DNA of 34,897 nucleotides from an uncultured Candidatus Saccharibacteria bacterium (GTDB taxonomy: Bacteria > Patescibacteriota > Minisyncoccia > UBA6257 > Colwellbacteraceae): positions 6,926 through 41,822 of the forward strand of contig CAYGDC010000001.1 of the NCBI GenBank assembly GCA_964348605.1, written 5' to 3'. Both the position numbers and the translations under genes were made by a program. A model generated the notes under the pieces. That model did not search any database, had not been told where the DNA came from, and was given only the letters and a program-made list of their open reading frames with translations. Below, piece after piece: positions 24,287 to 34,574 of the stretch (position 1 is its first letter; the number at the start of each line of letters is the position of its first letter).

Positions 24287-24928
24287 ATGGGCGACGAATA
24301 TATAAACTTAATAGATAAGCTAGTTATTTCTAAGCATATCAAATCTCCGGAAATTGAGCGGGTATTCCGAGAATATAATCGCGCGGAATTTTTGCCTGAT
24401 GAGCAAAAACCTTTTGTTGGAGAAGATGCACCTTTACCCATAGGGCATAATCAAACTATTTCCCAGCCCTACACAGTCGCCTTTATTTTAGACCTTTTAG
24501 ATATTCACAAAGGCAATAACATCTTAGATGTCGGCACTGGTTCTGGTTGGCAAGCAGCTTTACTTGCAGGACTTGTTGCCCCTGATGGTAAGGTTATTAC
24601 AGTTGAACGCATTCAAGAGCTTGCTCACACAGCAAAAATTAATTTAGAAAAATTTGGCCTTATCACAAGTGGTGTTGTTACCGCAATTTGTGGCAATGCA
24701 CTAGAAATTGACCCTGGTTGGCCAGTGTTTGACAGAATTGTCTCTGCCGCTGAATATGCTCCAACAACTGACGAAGGCATTCCTGAATCTTGGAAAAATG
24801 CTCTCGCAGTAGGAGGACGCATTGTTATGCCTGTTGCGGGCAGATTAATTGTCGCAGATAAAATATCTGGAACAGAGTTTGCGATAAAAGAATATCCTGG
24901 TTTTTCTTTTGTGCCTTTAATTCCTTAG
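24287..24928 (+). CDS. pcm: Protein-L-isoaspartate O-methyltransferase
   Basis: GHNQTISQPYTVAFILDLL and ILDVGTGSGWQAALLA. Confidence 0.85.
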   Translation: MGDEYINLIDKLVISKHIKSPEIERVFREYNRAEFLPDEQKPFVGEDAPLPIGHNQTISQPYTVAFILDLLDIHKGNNILDVGTGSGWQAALLAGLVAPDGKVITVERIQELAHTAKINLEKFGLITSGVVTAICGNALEIDPGWPVFDRIVSAAEYAPTTDEGIPESWKNALAVGGRIVMPVAGRLIVADKISGTEFAIKEYPGFSFVPLIP

Positions 24929-24988
24929 TGTCTAATAAAAAATGGGACTCATGAATTACGACTAAAAAGTTTGACTTTTGGGCTCTTA

Positions 24989-25022
24989 ACTTTTATGCTT
25001 TATTTAGCATCCGCAGAAGGCT
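24989..25022. repeat. Intergenic repeat fragments shared with other copies of the dispersed family
   Basis: ACTTTTATGCTT (24989-25000) also occurs at 27814-27825. CCGCAGAAGGCT (25011-25022) also occurs at 23943-23954. Confidence 0.6.
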
Positions 25023-25087
25023 GGGTTCTGATTAAATAGACTAATGTCGCAAGACGCCCTCCAGAGGACTTAAATAATTCTTCTTTG

Positions 25088-25123
25088 CTGCGGTTTCCGC
25101 AGTTTTTTATTTTTACGGAAACC
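25088..25123 (+). promoter_or_regulatory. Leader of the rplJ-rplL operon with mutually exclusive hairpins (L10-leader-like attenuator)
   Basis: Terminator-like hairpin: CTGCGG-TTT-CCGCAG (25088-25102) followed by TTTTTT. The alternative pairing is GGTTTCCG (25092-25099) with CGGAAACC (25116-25123). Confidence 0.45.
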
Positions 25124-25178
25124 TACAAGCGTAGCTGATGCCAAAAGGTCGAATAATAAAATAAAAGATAGACGCAAT

Positions 25179-25658
25179 ATGCTTACAAAAGAACAAAAGA
25201 AAAAAGTTATAACTAACGAAACAGACAATCTCAAAAACAGCAAATCAGTTGTTTTTATAGATTTCACTAAAGTTAAAGCAGGGGAGTTAAACTCTTTTAG
25301 AAAAACTATCCGCGAAGCGGGAGGCGAACTTAAAGTTATCAAAAAGAAACTTTTAAGAGTCGCAATGAGTCAAGCTGGTATAGATTTTAATCCAGAGATT
25401 TTTGAATCTCAAGTTGGAACTATTTTTTCCGATAATGAAATATTTGCCATAGCAGGACCAACACATAAATTCTCCGTTGCGAAAATATTAGGTGGATATG
25501 ATATGGATGGCAAAAGATTCTTGCCTGCAGAAGAAGTTGTGATGCTTGGTAAATTGCCATCTAGAGAGGTTCTACTTGGTCAATTAGTTGGCATGCTAGC
25601 TTCCCCAATAAGGTCGCTTATGTTTGTGCTTAAAGAAAGGGCGTCGAAAATTACTTAA
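25179..25658 (+). CDS. rplJ: 50S ribosomal protein L10
   Basis: The N-terminus KEQKKKVI...[19 protein letters not shown] is typical of L10, and the gene directly precedes rplL. Confidence 0.9.
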   Translation: MLTKEQKKKVITNETDNLKNSKSVVFIDFTKVKAGELNSFRKTIREAGGELKVIKKKLLRVAMSQAGIDFNPEIFESQVGTIFSDNEIFAIAGPTHKFSVAKILGGYDMDGKRFLPAEEVVMLGKLPSREVLLGQLVGMLASPIRSLMFVLKERASKIT

Positions 25659-25678
25659 TAAAAAATAAAACAAAACAA

Positions 25679-26044
25679 ATGGAAAAATTTGCAGATATAA
25701 TCTCAAAAATTGAAGGGTTATCCGTAGTAGAGCTTGCTGAACTCATAAAAGCTCTTGAAGAAAAATTTGGCGTTTCTGCTGCCGCTATGGCTGTTGCTGG
25801 AGCTGGTGCAGGGGCCGCTCCTGCCGAAGAAAAAGATTCTTGGAATGTTATGTTAAATGCCTCCGGAGAACAAAAAATTAATGTTATTAAAGTTGTTCGC
25901 GAAGCAACCGGTTTGGGCTTAAAAGAAGCTAAAGATATGGTTGATGGAGCTCCAAAGGTAATTAAAACTAACTTAAAGAAAGAAGAAGCCGAAGATCTTA
26001 AGAAAAAACTTATAGAAGCTGGCGCTACTGCAGAAATTCAATAA
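25679..26044 (+). CDS. rplL: 50S ribosomal protein L7/L12
   Basis: An Ala/Gly hinge ([18 protein letters not shown]) and [23 protein letters not shown]. Confidence 0.95.
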   Translation: MEKFADIISKIEGLSVVELAELIKALEEKFGVSAAAMAVAGAGAGAAPAEEKDSWNVMLNASGEQKINVIKVVREATGLGLKEAKDMVDGAPKVIKTNLKKEEAEDLKKKLIEAGATAEIQ

Positions 26045-26068
26045 AAAATAATTTCATATTTTTTAACA

Positions 26069-26100
26069 AAAAACACTTCTTAATAGGAAGTGTTTTTTGT
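26069..26100. terminator. Bidirectional rho-independent terminator between rplL and the convergent tRNA-Val
   Basis: AAAAACACTTC (26069-26079) pairs with GAAGTGTTTTT (26087-26097) around a 7-nt loop. T-runs are present on both strands. Confidence 0.8.
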
Positions 26101-26150
26101 TATTTATAAACTTAGGATAATTATATTAATTGAATTAAAAAAACTTGGCT

Positions 26151-26227
26151 TGGTGGACGATGCAGGACTCGAACCTGCGGCCTTTGCAATGTGAATGCAA
26201 CGCTCTAACCAGCTGAGCTAATCGTCC
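26151..26227 (-). tRNA. tRNA-Val (anticodon CAC) with an encoded CCA
   Basis: The reverse complement is GGACGATTAGCTCAGCTGGTTAGAGCGTTGCATTCACATTGCAAAGGCCGCAGGTTCGAGTCCTGCATCGTCCACCA. The cloverleaf folds by hand. Confidence 0.9.
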
Positions 26228-26311
26228 TTTTAAGATATAATAATATATCACAATCAGGTTTTCTACGAGCGGGTTTTTGTTTTGTAGGGATAAAGCGTAA
26301 AATAAAGTAAA

Positions 26312-27721
26312 ATGGGACTTTTTGAAGAAGATAATCAAAAAATAGAACTAACGACTCCGCTCGCAGACAGAATGCGTCCAGAGCGACTTGAAGATTTTTT
26401 CGGTCAAGACAATATTGTTGGAGAAAAGAAAATACTAAGAGAAGCGATAGAGGGCGATGAAATTCCGTCTATAATTTTTTGGGGACCTCCTGGGTGTGGC
26501 AAAACAACGCTTGCAAAAATTATTGCTAAAATGACAAAAGCCGTTTTTGTTGAATTTTCAGCAACTACCGGGAACGTTAAAGAAGTTAGAGCGATAATTG
26601 CCGAAGCGGACGAACGCCTACGCACGCGTGGACGCAAAACTATATTTTTTATTGATGAAATACATCGGTTTAATAAATCTCAACAAGATTCTTTTCTGTC
26701 GTTTGTAGAAAAAGGAACAATTATTCTTATTGGTGCAACAACTGAAAATCCTTCATTTGAAGTAAACTCTGCGTTGCTTTCTCGTTGTCGAGTTTTTACG
26801 CTTTCCGCTTTAGATTCCTCCGATATTACAAAAATTATTGCGCGTGCCTTATCTCATAAAACAAAGGGCTTCGGCAATATGAAAATCACGATAAGCGATG
26901 CGAGTATCAATTTTTTAAGCAATATGGCGAATGGAGATGCGCGCTCGGCATTAAATGCTCTTGAGCTTGCTGTAAAATCAGTTAAGCCTGATAAAAAACA
27001 AGTTATTAAAATTGACTTAAACACGATTAAAGAATCCTTGCAGAAAAGTCATCTTTTATATGACCGTGCAGGAGAAGAACATTACAATATTATTTCGGCG
27101 TTGCATAAATCTATGCGTGGCTCTGACGCGGATGCAAGTCTTTATTGGCTCGGGCGTATGTTAGAAGCGGGGGAGGACCCTCTTTATATTGCGCGTCGTA
27201 TTATCCGTTTTGCTTCGGAAGATATTGGTATCGCAAATCCGGCGGCGCTTACGCAGGCAGTTGCCGCTTACACGGCGTGTCAGTATATCGGTATGCCTGA
27301 GTGTGCTATAAATCTCGCTCAAGCGGTTGTTTATATGGCAAAGTGTCCCAAAAGCAACGCTCTTTATGTCGCGTATGGCGCCGTACAAACAGATATTAGA
27401 GAACTTCCAAATGAGCCAGTGCCACTTCACTTACGAAACGCTCCTACTAAATTAATGAAAGAGCTTAGCTGCGGAAAAGGATACAAATATAATCCAGATT
27501 TCAAAGGCAAGGTAAAGCAAAATTATTTACCAGATAAATTGATAGGCAAGAAATATTATTTAGAAATTCAAAATCTTTCGTTACGCGAGACCTCGCAAAG
27601 TGGGACAAAATCAAAGACCAAAAACGGACAACAGGCGACTAACGACAGACAACAAACAACTAACAACAACGAAAACCAAAATCTCTCGCTACGCGAGATC
27701 TGGCGTAGCCAGACAAACTAA
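26312..27721 (+). CDS. rarA: Replication-associated recombination protein A (MgsA/RarA AAA+ ATPase). The last ~50 codons are made of repeat sequence.
   Basis: FWGPPGCGKTTLAKIIA (Walker A), IFFIDEIHRFNK (Walker B), GATTENPSFEV, and HYNIISALHKSMRGSD. Confidence 0.85.
   Translation: MGLFEEDNQKIELTTPLADRMRPERLEDFFGQDNIVGEKKILREAIEGDEIPSIIFWGPPGCGKTTLAKIIAKMTKAVFVEFSATTGNVKEVRAIIAEADERLRTRGRKTIFFIDEIHRFNKSQQDSFLSFVEKGTIILIGATTENPSFEVNSALLSRCRVFTLSALDSSDITKIIARALSHKTKGFGNMKITISDASINFLSNMANGDARSALNALELAVKSVKPDKKQVIKIDLNTIKESLQKSHLLYDRAGEEHYNIISALHKSMRGSDADASLYWLGRMLEAGEDPLYIARRIIRFASEDIGIANPAALTQAVAAYTACQYIGMPECAINLAQAVVYMAKCPKSNALYVAYGAVQTDIRELPNEPVPLHLRNAPTKLMKELSCGKGYKYNPDFKGKVKQNYLPDKLIGKKYYLEIQNLSLRETSQSGTKSKTKNGQQATNDRQQTTNNNENQNLSLREIWRSQTN
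27569..27701 (+). repeat. Two 25-nt direct repeats (27569-27593 and 27677-27701) inside the 3' tail of the rarA ORF, each with a TCTCGC/GCGAGA-type hairpin
   Basis: CAAAATCTTTCGTTACGCGAGACCT versus CAAAATCTCTCGCTACGCGAGATCT (3 mismatches). The hairpin TCTCGC-TAC-GCGAGA is at 27684-27698. Confidence 0.8.
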
Positions 27722-27760
27722 AAGTTAAAAACAAGCTTCCATTATTTCCGCATTTATTCC

Positions 27761-27842
27761 GTCATTCCCGCGAAAGCAAGTATTTGTATTTTCTTAAACT
27801 TTTAAGCTTTTTTACTTTTATGCTTCTCGTACGGCGAGCTTT
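27761..27842. repeat. Intergenic repeat element, dispersed family copy
   Basis: Contains GTCATTCCCGCG (27761-27772), ACTTTTATGCTT (27814-27825), the hairpin module CTCGTACGGCGAG (27826-27838), and GCGAGCTTT (27834-27842; also at 29739-29747). Confidence 0.65.
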
Positions 27843-27930
27843 TGAGCTTTTAAATCCTCAAGTTTTCAAAACTTAAAACACTAAAAAATAAAAATTTCAA
27901 AGAAAAAGATTAATCGTTTATAATCACATT

Positions 27931-28638
27931 ATGATTAGACTTGTTTTTGATATAGAAACTGTTGGTGAAGAAATCGCTCAAATGGACGAAATAACTCGCG
28001 CGTCTATTACTAAGCGTGCTCGCAAGGAAGCATTAGACGAAGAAGAGTTTAACATTATGGTAGATGATATAGAGTCTGGGTTTGCTCTTTCTCCTCTTAC
28101 AGGACAAATAGTCGCGATTGGCGTATTAGATGCCGATTCTATGAGAGGAGCTGTATATTTTCAAACGCCGGGAGCTGAAATTAAAGAAACAGAAGAAAAC
28201 GGCATTAAGCTTATACCGGCATCTGAAGCAGACATGCTTAATCGTTTTTGGGAAATTGCCAAAAATTCTTCAGAGTTTATTGGATTTAATAGTCGGGGAT
28301 TTGATGCTCCTTTTTTGATTGCTCGTTCGGCGATAAATGGCATTCAGCCAACCGTAGACCTTATGTCAGACCGCTATGGTCGTTTTGGCGTTAAGCATAC
28401 AGACCTTTATGACCAACTTTCTTTTTATGGGGCATCTCGTTTTGCACACGGAAGTTTGCATATGTGGTGTCGTGCACTTGGAATTAAAAGTCCTAAGGAG
28501 AGCGGAGTAAAAGGGGACGATGTAGGGAGTCTTTTTAGAGAAGGCAATTTTTTAGATATCGCGAAATATAATATGGGCGATATTATTGCTACTAAAGAAC
28601 TTTATGATAAATGGACGCGCTATTTTCGGTTTTCTTGA
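27931..28638 (+). CDS. Predicted DEDD-type 3'-5' exonuclease (DnaQ / PolB-exonuclease-like)
   Basis: FDIETVG (Exo I), GFNSRGFDAPFL (Exo II), and YNMGDIIATKELY (Exo III, DEDDy). Confidence 0.65.
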   Translation: MIRLVFDIETVGEEIAQMDEITRASITKRARKEALDEEEFNIMVDDIESGFALSPLTGQIVAIGVLDADSMRGAVYFQTPGAEIKETEENGIKLIPASEADMLNRFWEIAKNSSEFIGFNSRGFDAPFLIARSAINGIQPTVDLMSDRYGRFGVKHTDLYDQLSFYGASRFAHGSLHMWCRALGIKSPKESGVKGDDVGSLFREGNFLDIAKYNMGDIIATKELYDKWTRYFRFS

Positions 28639-28672
28639 AATATCGTGAGATAAATCTTAATATGCAAATATT

Positions 28673-29566
28673 ATGGATATTTATATAATTGGTCACAAAA
28701 ATCCCGATACGGATAGCGTAGCGGGAGCAATAGCACTCGCAGAAATTATGGGATACAAGCCTGCTATTTGTGGGCCTATTAATAGAGAAACATCTTTTGT
28801 TTTAGAACAGTTAGGCATAGAAGCTCCCGAAATTCTTACCAATATTGCTGGCAAAAAAGTTTTTCTTATTGACCACAACGAAAACACTCAAATAGCGGAA
28901 GGATGGGAAAATGCGGAAATTATTGGCGTTATAGACCATCACAAAATCAATTTTTCCTCCTCCGCACCTGTGTTTTTTCATACTGAAACATTGGGCTCTA
29001 CTTGCTCCGTGATTGCTAAGACTTATATGAACGCTATTACAAATAATCCGCGTCTTGCGAAGATTCTTCTTGCAGGGATTCTTTCTGACACGATTATTTT
29101 TAAGTCGCCTACAACGACAGAGGAAGACAAAGATATTGCTAACGCACTTGCAAGAGTAGTAGGCGAATTAGACATTTTACAATTTGGCAAAGAAATAAAA
29201 ACTGCTGGAGCAGATATCTCGGGCAAAACAGTAAAAGAAATTATCGGTACGGACTTTAAGGAATTTGACATGAGCGGACATAGAGTTGGTATTGGCCAAG
29301 TAGAATTGCCTGACCTTTCTTTAATTAAAGATATGGAACAAGCAATAATTGCCCAATTAGATGAAATTAAGACTGACGGCTATGAGCTAGTTATAATGGT
29401 AGCGACAGACATTATAGCTGAGGGAAGTAAACTATTTTTTGCAGGCGACCCAATAATTATCCAGAAGGCATTTGGCGTAGTGCCAGAAGGACACGCAATT
29501 TTTGTAAAAGGATTAATGTCTCGCAAAAAACAAATAGTTCCGCCACTTGAGGAAGCGTTTAGATAG
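28673..29566 (+). CDS. ppaC: Family II (DHH) manganese-dependent inorganic pyrophosphatase
   Basis: GHKNPDTDS, IDHNE, IDHHK, and GILSDT, which are the DHH motifs I-IV. The size is ~300 aa. Confidence 0.75.
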   Translation: MDIYIIGHKNPDTDSVAGAIALAEIMGYKPAICGPINRETSFVLEQLGIEAPEILTNIAGKKVFLIDHNENTQIAEGWENAEIIGVIDHHKINFSSSAPVFFHTETLGSTCSVIAKTYMNAITNNPRLAKILLAGILSDTIIFKSPTTTEEDKDIANALARVVGELDILQFGKEIKTAGADISGKTVKEIIGTDFKEFDMSGHRVGIGQVELPDLSLIKDMEQAIIAQLDEIKTDGYELVIMVATDIIAEGSKLFFAGDPIIIQKAFGVVPEGHAIFVKGLMSRKKQIVPPLEEAFR

Positions 29567-29650
29567 ATAATAGAAAAAACATAATTTTCAATTTCTAATT
29601 TATAATTTTCATTAAATTTCTAATTATTTAATTTCTAAACATAAAGATAA

Positions 29651-29747
29651 ATTCCCGCTTCTGCGGGAATGATAAAGAAAGAAGCGAAAGCGGGGGCCTA
29701 GTTTTTTAAACTTTTCTGCTTTGAGACTTTCTCGCGAAGCGAGCTTT
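29651..29747. repeat. Intergenic repeat element, dispersed family copy
   Basis: ATTCCCGC-TTCT-GCGGGAAT (29651-29670), and ACTTTCTCGCGAAGCGAGCTTT with hairpin CTCGC-GAA-GCGAG (29731-29743). Confidence 0.7.
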
Positions 29748-29800
29748 AAATCTTAAATCCTTGAAATTTATTGCAAAACGAGCTTAAACTTCTTGTATAG

Positions 29801-30952
<1,152 letters not shown>

Positions 30953-31091
30953 GATATATTTCTAATTTTTAATTTTGAATTTTGATTCAATTTTAAAATT
31001 AGAATTTTGAAATATTACTTCAGTGAAAAGATAGTCTTTATTTAAATATCAGTCGTTTGCGATTTGTTACTTATAATTTTGAATTTGTTTG

Positions 31092-31122
31092 TCTCGCTTT
31101 GCGAGATCCCGCACAGCGGGAT
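31092..31122. repeat. Two abutting hairpins of the dispersed family
   Basis: TCTCGC-TTT-GCGAGA (31092-31106) and ATCCCGC-ACA-GCGGGAT (31106-31122). Confidence 0.65.
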
Positions 31123-31249
31123 AATTTGGTGCTTGTGATTTGTAATTTTAATTTTTGGTTTTATTGTTATCTGTGGATAACTTTATTTAAATCTAAAAAA
31201 CGCCTGTAAAACAGCTTTTTATCAGCTCTAAAATGAGCTTGTGTGCTTT

Positions 31250-31279
31250 TTGACTTACATAAGACATAAAGATTATAAT
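31250..31279 (+). promoter_or_regulatory. Sigma70-like promoter of the mraZ (dcw) operon
   Basis: TTGACT (31250-31255), an 18-nt spacer, then TATAAT (31274-31279). Confidence 0.55.
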
Positions 31280-31290
31280 TTCAATACATA

Positions 31291-31320
31291 GTGGGGAAAA
31301 GTGGGGAAAAGTGTTGAAAT
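31291..31320 (+). promoter_or_regulatory. MraZ operator-like direct repeats
   Basis: GTGGGGAAAA, GTGGGGAAAA, GTGTTGAAAT form three 10-nt phased repeats between the putative -10 and the mraZ ATG. MraZ is known to bind phased GTGGG/AAAGTG-type repeats upstream of its own gene. Confidence 0.6.
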
Positions 31321-31752
31321 ATGTTTATAGGCGAATACCAACATAATATAGATCTTAAAGGCAGAGTTGCTGTGCCTGCTAAGTTTAGAAATAAATTAAG
31401 TGGTGGCGCTATTGTGACAAGGGGGCTAGATAAATGTCTTTTTCTTTTTTCCGCCGAAGAATGGGAAAGGCTTGCTCTAAAAATAATTAATCTTCCTTTA
31501 ACGCAAGCTAACTCAAGAGCTTTTTCTCGCCTTATGCTTGCTGGAGCATCTGATTGCGAAATAGATGCTCAAGGAAGAATATTAATTCCTGATTATTTGC
31601 GTAAATATGCCAAGCTTGAAAAAGAAGTTGTTATTGCAGGCCTCTATAATAGAGCGGAAATTTGGGAAAGCGCTTGTTGGAATAAATATAAAACCGAAAC
31701 TGAAGAAAGGTCAGAAGAAATAGCCGAAAGAATGAGCGAGCTCGGATTATGA
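31321..31752 (+). CDS. mraZ: Transcriptional regulator MraZ
   Basis: MFIGEYQHNIDLKGRVAVPAKFR and a second DxxGR repeat (DAQGRILIPDYLR). Confidence 0.9.
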   Translation: MFIGEYQHNIDLKGRVAVPAKFRNKLSGGAIVTRGLDKCLFLFSAEEWERLALKIINLPLTQANSRAFSRLMLAGASDCEIDAQGRILIPDYLRKYAKLEKEVVIAGLYNRAEIWESACWNKYKTETEERSEEIAERMSELGL

Positions 31753-32639
31753 CTAAGGCCTCTACCATCAACACTCATGTTCCTGTAATGATGAAGGAGG
31801 TTTTAGATGCTCTCGCTCCTAAAAAAGGAGATTTTATAGTGGATGGCACATTTGGCGGAGGTGGACATGCTTTAGAAATTGCTCGTTATATTGCTCCCGG
31901 AGGCACGTTGCTTGGCATAGACCGAGATTCTTTTGTTATCAATAAAGCTGAAATAAATGTCCCTAGCGTTAAAACAATTATTGTTTGCGCGAACTACTCT
32001 TCTTTGCCAGAAATATTAAAAAATTATCATTTTCCGCTTGCCGACGGACTTCTTTTAGACCTTGGCTTTTCTTCTAATCAGCTTAGCGAAGGCAGAGGAT
32101 TTTCTTTTCTAAAAGATGAGCCATTGCTTATGACTTATAGCGATGAAGATGAGCCGCTTTACAAAGCGCTTCGTCGATTAAATAAAGATGAGCTAAAAGA
32201 TATTATTGCCGTATCAGGCGAAAGATATGCTCGCGTGATTGCCGAGGCTATTTGGAGTGCAGAAAGAAAAAATCCAATAGAAACAACCGGGGAGCTTGTG
32301 GAGATTATTAAAAAAGTTCTGCCGGCGCGTTATGAGCGAGGAAGAATACACCCTGCAACAAGAACATTCCTTGCTTTTCGTATATTTATCAATCAAGAGC
32401 TAGAGAGCTTAGAACGATTATTAGATTTTTTACCTCAAGTTTTAAAGCCTGGAGGAAGGATAGTAATAATAACTTTTCAATCACTTGAAGACAAAATAGT
32501 TAAAAATAAGTTTAGGCAAATGGCAAAAGAAAAAAAACTTTCTCTTATTACTAAAAAACCTATACTGCCTCAATTTTTAGAAATAAGAGCAAATCCTCGC
32601 TCTAGGTCGGCAAAATTAAGAGCAGCAATACAACTATAA
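31749..32639 (+). CDS. rsmH: 16S rRNA (cytosine1402-N4)-methyltransferase
   Basis: HVPVMMKEVLDAL, DGTFGGGGH, DLGFSSNQL, and NPRSRSAKLR. Confidence 0.9.
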   Translation: MTKASTINTHVPVMMKEVLDALAPKKGDFIVDGTFGGGGHALEIARYIAPGGTLLGIDRDSFVINKAEINVPSVKTIIVCANYSSLPEILKNYHFPLADGLLLDLGFSSNQLSEGRGFSFLKDEPLLMTYSDEDEPLYKALRRLNKDELKDIIAVSGERYARVIAEAIWSAERKNPIETTGELVEIIKKVLPARYERGRIHPATRTFLAFRIFINQELESLERLLDFLPQVLKPGGRIVIITFQSLEDKIVKNKFRQMAKEKKLSLITKKPILPQFLEIRANPRSRSAKLRAAIQL

Positions 32640-32657
32640 ATAACTTTTAATAAAAAA

Positions 32658-32957
32658 ATGACAATCGTAAAACCTAATCATTATAAAAAAGATTCAAGTT
32701 GGAAATTAGTTTTTTCTCTTACTGGGGCAACGCTTGTCGCCACCATTATTGTTGGTGGCGTTATGTATTCTAGAATGGTAGGATTGCAACACGAGATATT
32801 GTCTTTGGAAAACACTATTAAAACAGAAAGAGCGACAAACGCAGAATTACAAAATACTTTATTTATGATGACTGATCCGCAAAGAATTGATATTATTGCT
32901 GCAGACAAAGGTCTTGTTGAAGAAAAAAATCCTAAATGGGTGTTCGCTTCATTTTAG
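32658..32957 (+). CDS. ftsL: FtsL-like small bitopic cell-division protein
   Basis: A single TM helix (LTGATLVATIIVGGVMY) followed by a short coiled-coil-like segment. It sits in the canonical position between rsmH and ftsI. The call rests on position and architecture only. Confidence 0.5.
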   Translation: MTIVKPNHYKKDSSWKLVFSLTGATLVATIIVGGVMYSRMVGLQHEILSLENTIKTERATNAELQNTLFMMTDPQRIDIIAADKGLVEEKNPKWVFASF

Positions 32958-34552
32958 TAGTAGTATTTTTTACCACCCTTTACGGATGGCTTGGTTTTCG
33001 TTTTTATAATATTCAAATTAGACAAGGAGATTTTTACTCTGCGCAAGCGGCTTCACAGATGCTTGGTCGTTCATTAGATCCAATAAGAGGAGATATTACA
33101 ATGACAGATAAAGACGGATCTCCTGTCCCGCTTGCTATCACAAAAAATCATCCCTTTATATATGTTTCTCCTGAACAAATGGCGCGAGAAGAAGTAGATA
33201 TTGGCCAAACTGCTACGCAACTTGAGCCAATAATTGGTATCCCTGCGGCAGATATTGTACAAAGAATTAATAAGCCCCGCGACCCCTTTGAAGAATTATT
33301 AAGGTCTGCTTCCGATGAGATTGTGTCTCAAATTAAAGAGTTAAATATTCCGGGAGTTTATATTGGCGAAAGAGCAAAAAGATATTATCCATATGGTGTT
33401 TTAGCCGCTCATATTCTGGGCTTTGTGGCAAATAACGAAGGACAATATGGAGTGGAAGTATATTTCAACGAAAAACTTTCCGGAGCTGCTGGCAGAATAT
33501 CCGGGACTACTTTTATAGCCCCAGAGAGAGGGCAAGATATTCAGTTAACAATCAATCCCACAATTCAAGCGCGCGCTGAAAAAATACTTACCGATACAAT
33601 AGATAAGTTTAACGCTAAAGGAGGCGTTGTTATTGTTTCTGAACCGCGTACTGGAGCTATTAAGGCTATGGCAGGAGCGCCTTCATTTGATCCGAATAAT
33701 TTTGGCTCAGCTAAAATGTCTAGCTTTATTAATCCTGCCGTGCAAAAAGTTTACGAGCCTGGTTCAGTTTTTAAGCTTATTACAATGGCAGCAGCACTAT
33801 CATCTGGAAGTGTTACGCCTGATACAACTTATATTGACCACGGAACTCTTACAAGAAACGGACGCATTATCAGAAATTGGAATCACAGAGCACACGGAGA
33901 GCTTACAATGAGAGGAGTAATAGAGCGGTCTATAAATACAGGTACAGTTTTTGCTGTAGAAAAAATGGGGAGAAAAACTTTTTTAAATTATCTTGAAAAG
34001 TTTGGATTTACAGCAGAAACTGGCATAAATCTTCCCGGAGAAGTTGTTGGCTCTATTCGTTCTTTAATAAACGGCAGAGATATTAATTTCGCGACTGCCT
34101 CATACGGACAAGGAATATCGGTAACGCCAATTAGAATGCTTACTGCTATTAACGCTATTGCAAATAACGGAATTATGATGCGACCGCGCATTACAACAGG
34201 AAAACCAGAAGTTTTAGGTAGACCTATTTCAGCAGAAGTCGCTACAACAATGACAGATATAATGGTGTCGTCAGTTCAAAGGAATATACTAGCAGATATT
34301 AAGGGGTATAGCGTGGCGGGTAAAACCGGCACAGCTACGATGCCCGATCTAGTAAGAGGTGGATATAAAGACGCTTATATTAACACTTATATTGGCTTTG
34401 CCCCTGCCTACAATCCAAGATTTTCTATTCTAATTAGAATAGACGAACCCGAAGGCAATCCTTTAGCTGGAGAGAGCGTTGTTCCTGCTTTTAGAGACCT
34501 TGCTGAATTTATATTATTGCATTATGGCATAGCTCCCGATAAGCTAGAATAA
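32936..34552 (+). CDS. ftsI: Class B penicillin-binding protein / peptidoglycan D,D-transpeptidase (FtsI-type)
   Basis: An N-terminal TM anchor, then SVFK (SxxK), SIN (SxN) and KTGTA (KTG). Confidence 0.85.
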   Translation: MGVRFILVVVFFTTLYGWLGFRFYNIQIRQGDFYSAQAASQMLGRSLDPIRGDITMTDKDGSPVPLAITKNHPFIYVSPEQMAREEVDIGQTATQLEPIIGIPAADIVQRINKPRDPFEELLRSASDEIVSQIKELNIPGVYIGERAKRYYPYGVLAAHILGFVANNEGQYGVEVYFNEKLSGAAGRISGTTFIAPERGQDIQLTINPTIQARAEKILTDTIDKFNAKGGVVIVSEPRTGAIKAMAGAPSFDPNNFGSAKMSSFINPAVQKVYEPGSVFKLITMAAALSSGSVTPDTTYIDHGTLTRNGRIIRNWNHRAHGELTMRGVIERSINTGTVFAVEKMGRKTFLNYLEKFGFTAETGINLPGEVVGSIRSLINGRDINFATASYGQGISVTPIRMLTAINAIANNGIMMRPRITTGKPEVLGRPISAEVATTMTDIMVSSVQRNILADIKGYSVAGKTGTATMPDLVRGGYKDAYINTYIGFAPAYNPRFSILIRIDEPEGNPLAGESVVPAFRDLAEFILLHYGIAPDKLE

Positions 34553-34574
34553 TAGATAAAGATAAAATAAAAAA

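Noticed and set aside
24172-25342. Minus-strand ORFs 24172-24441, 24625-24822 and 25070-25342
   Set aside because: They overlap rpmG, the pcm start, the pcm body, and the rplJ leader and start respectively. No support exists beyond being open.
26135-26338. Minus-strand 67-aa ORF
   Set aside because: It is almost entirely the tRNA-Val(CAC) gene read as protein.
31172-31180. A perfect DnaA box (TGTGGATAA, i.e. TTATCCACA on the minus strand) upstream of mraZ, as a possible oriC
   Set aside because: It is a single 9-mer with no cluster of boxes, no dnaA/dnaN neighbour and no obvious DNA-unwinding-element arrangement. One chance occurrence in 35 kb on two strands is not unlikely.
33627-33911. 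Alternative plus-frame 94-aa ORF inside ftsI, and other internal ORFs (33074-33262, 33988-34191, 32681-32908)
   Set aside because: They are embedded in genes with clear PBP/FtsL signatures. There is no independent evidence for them.
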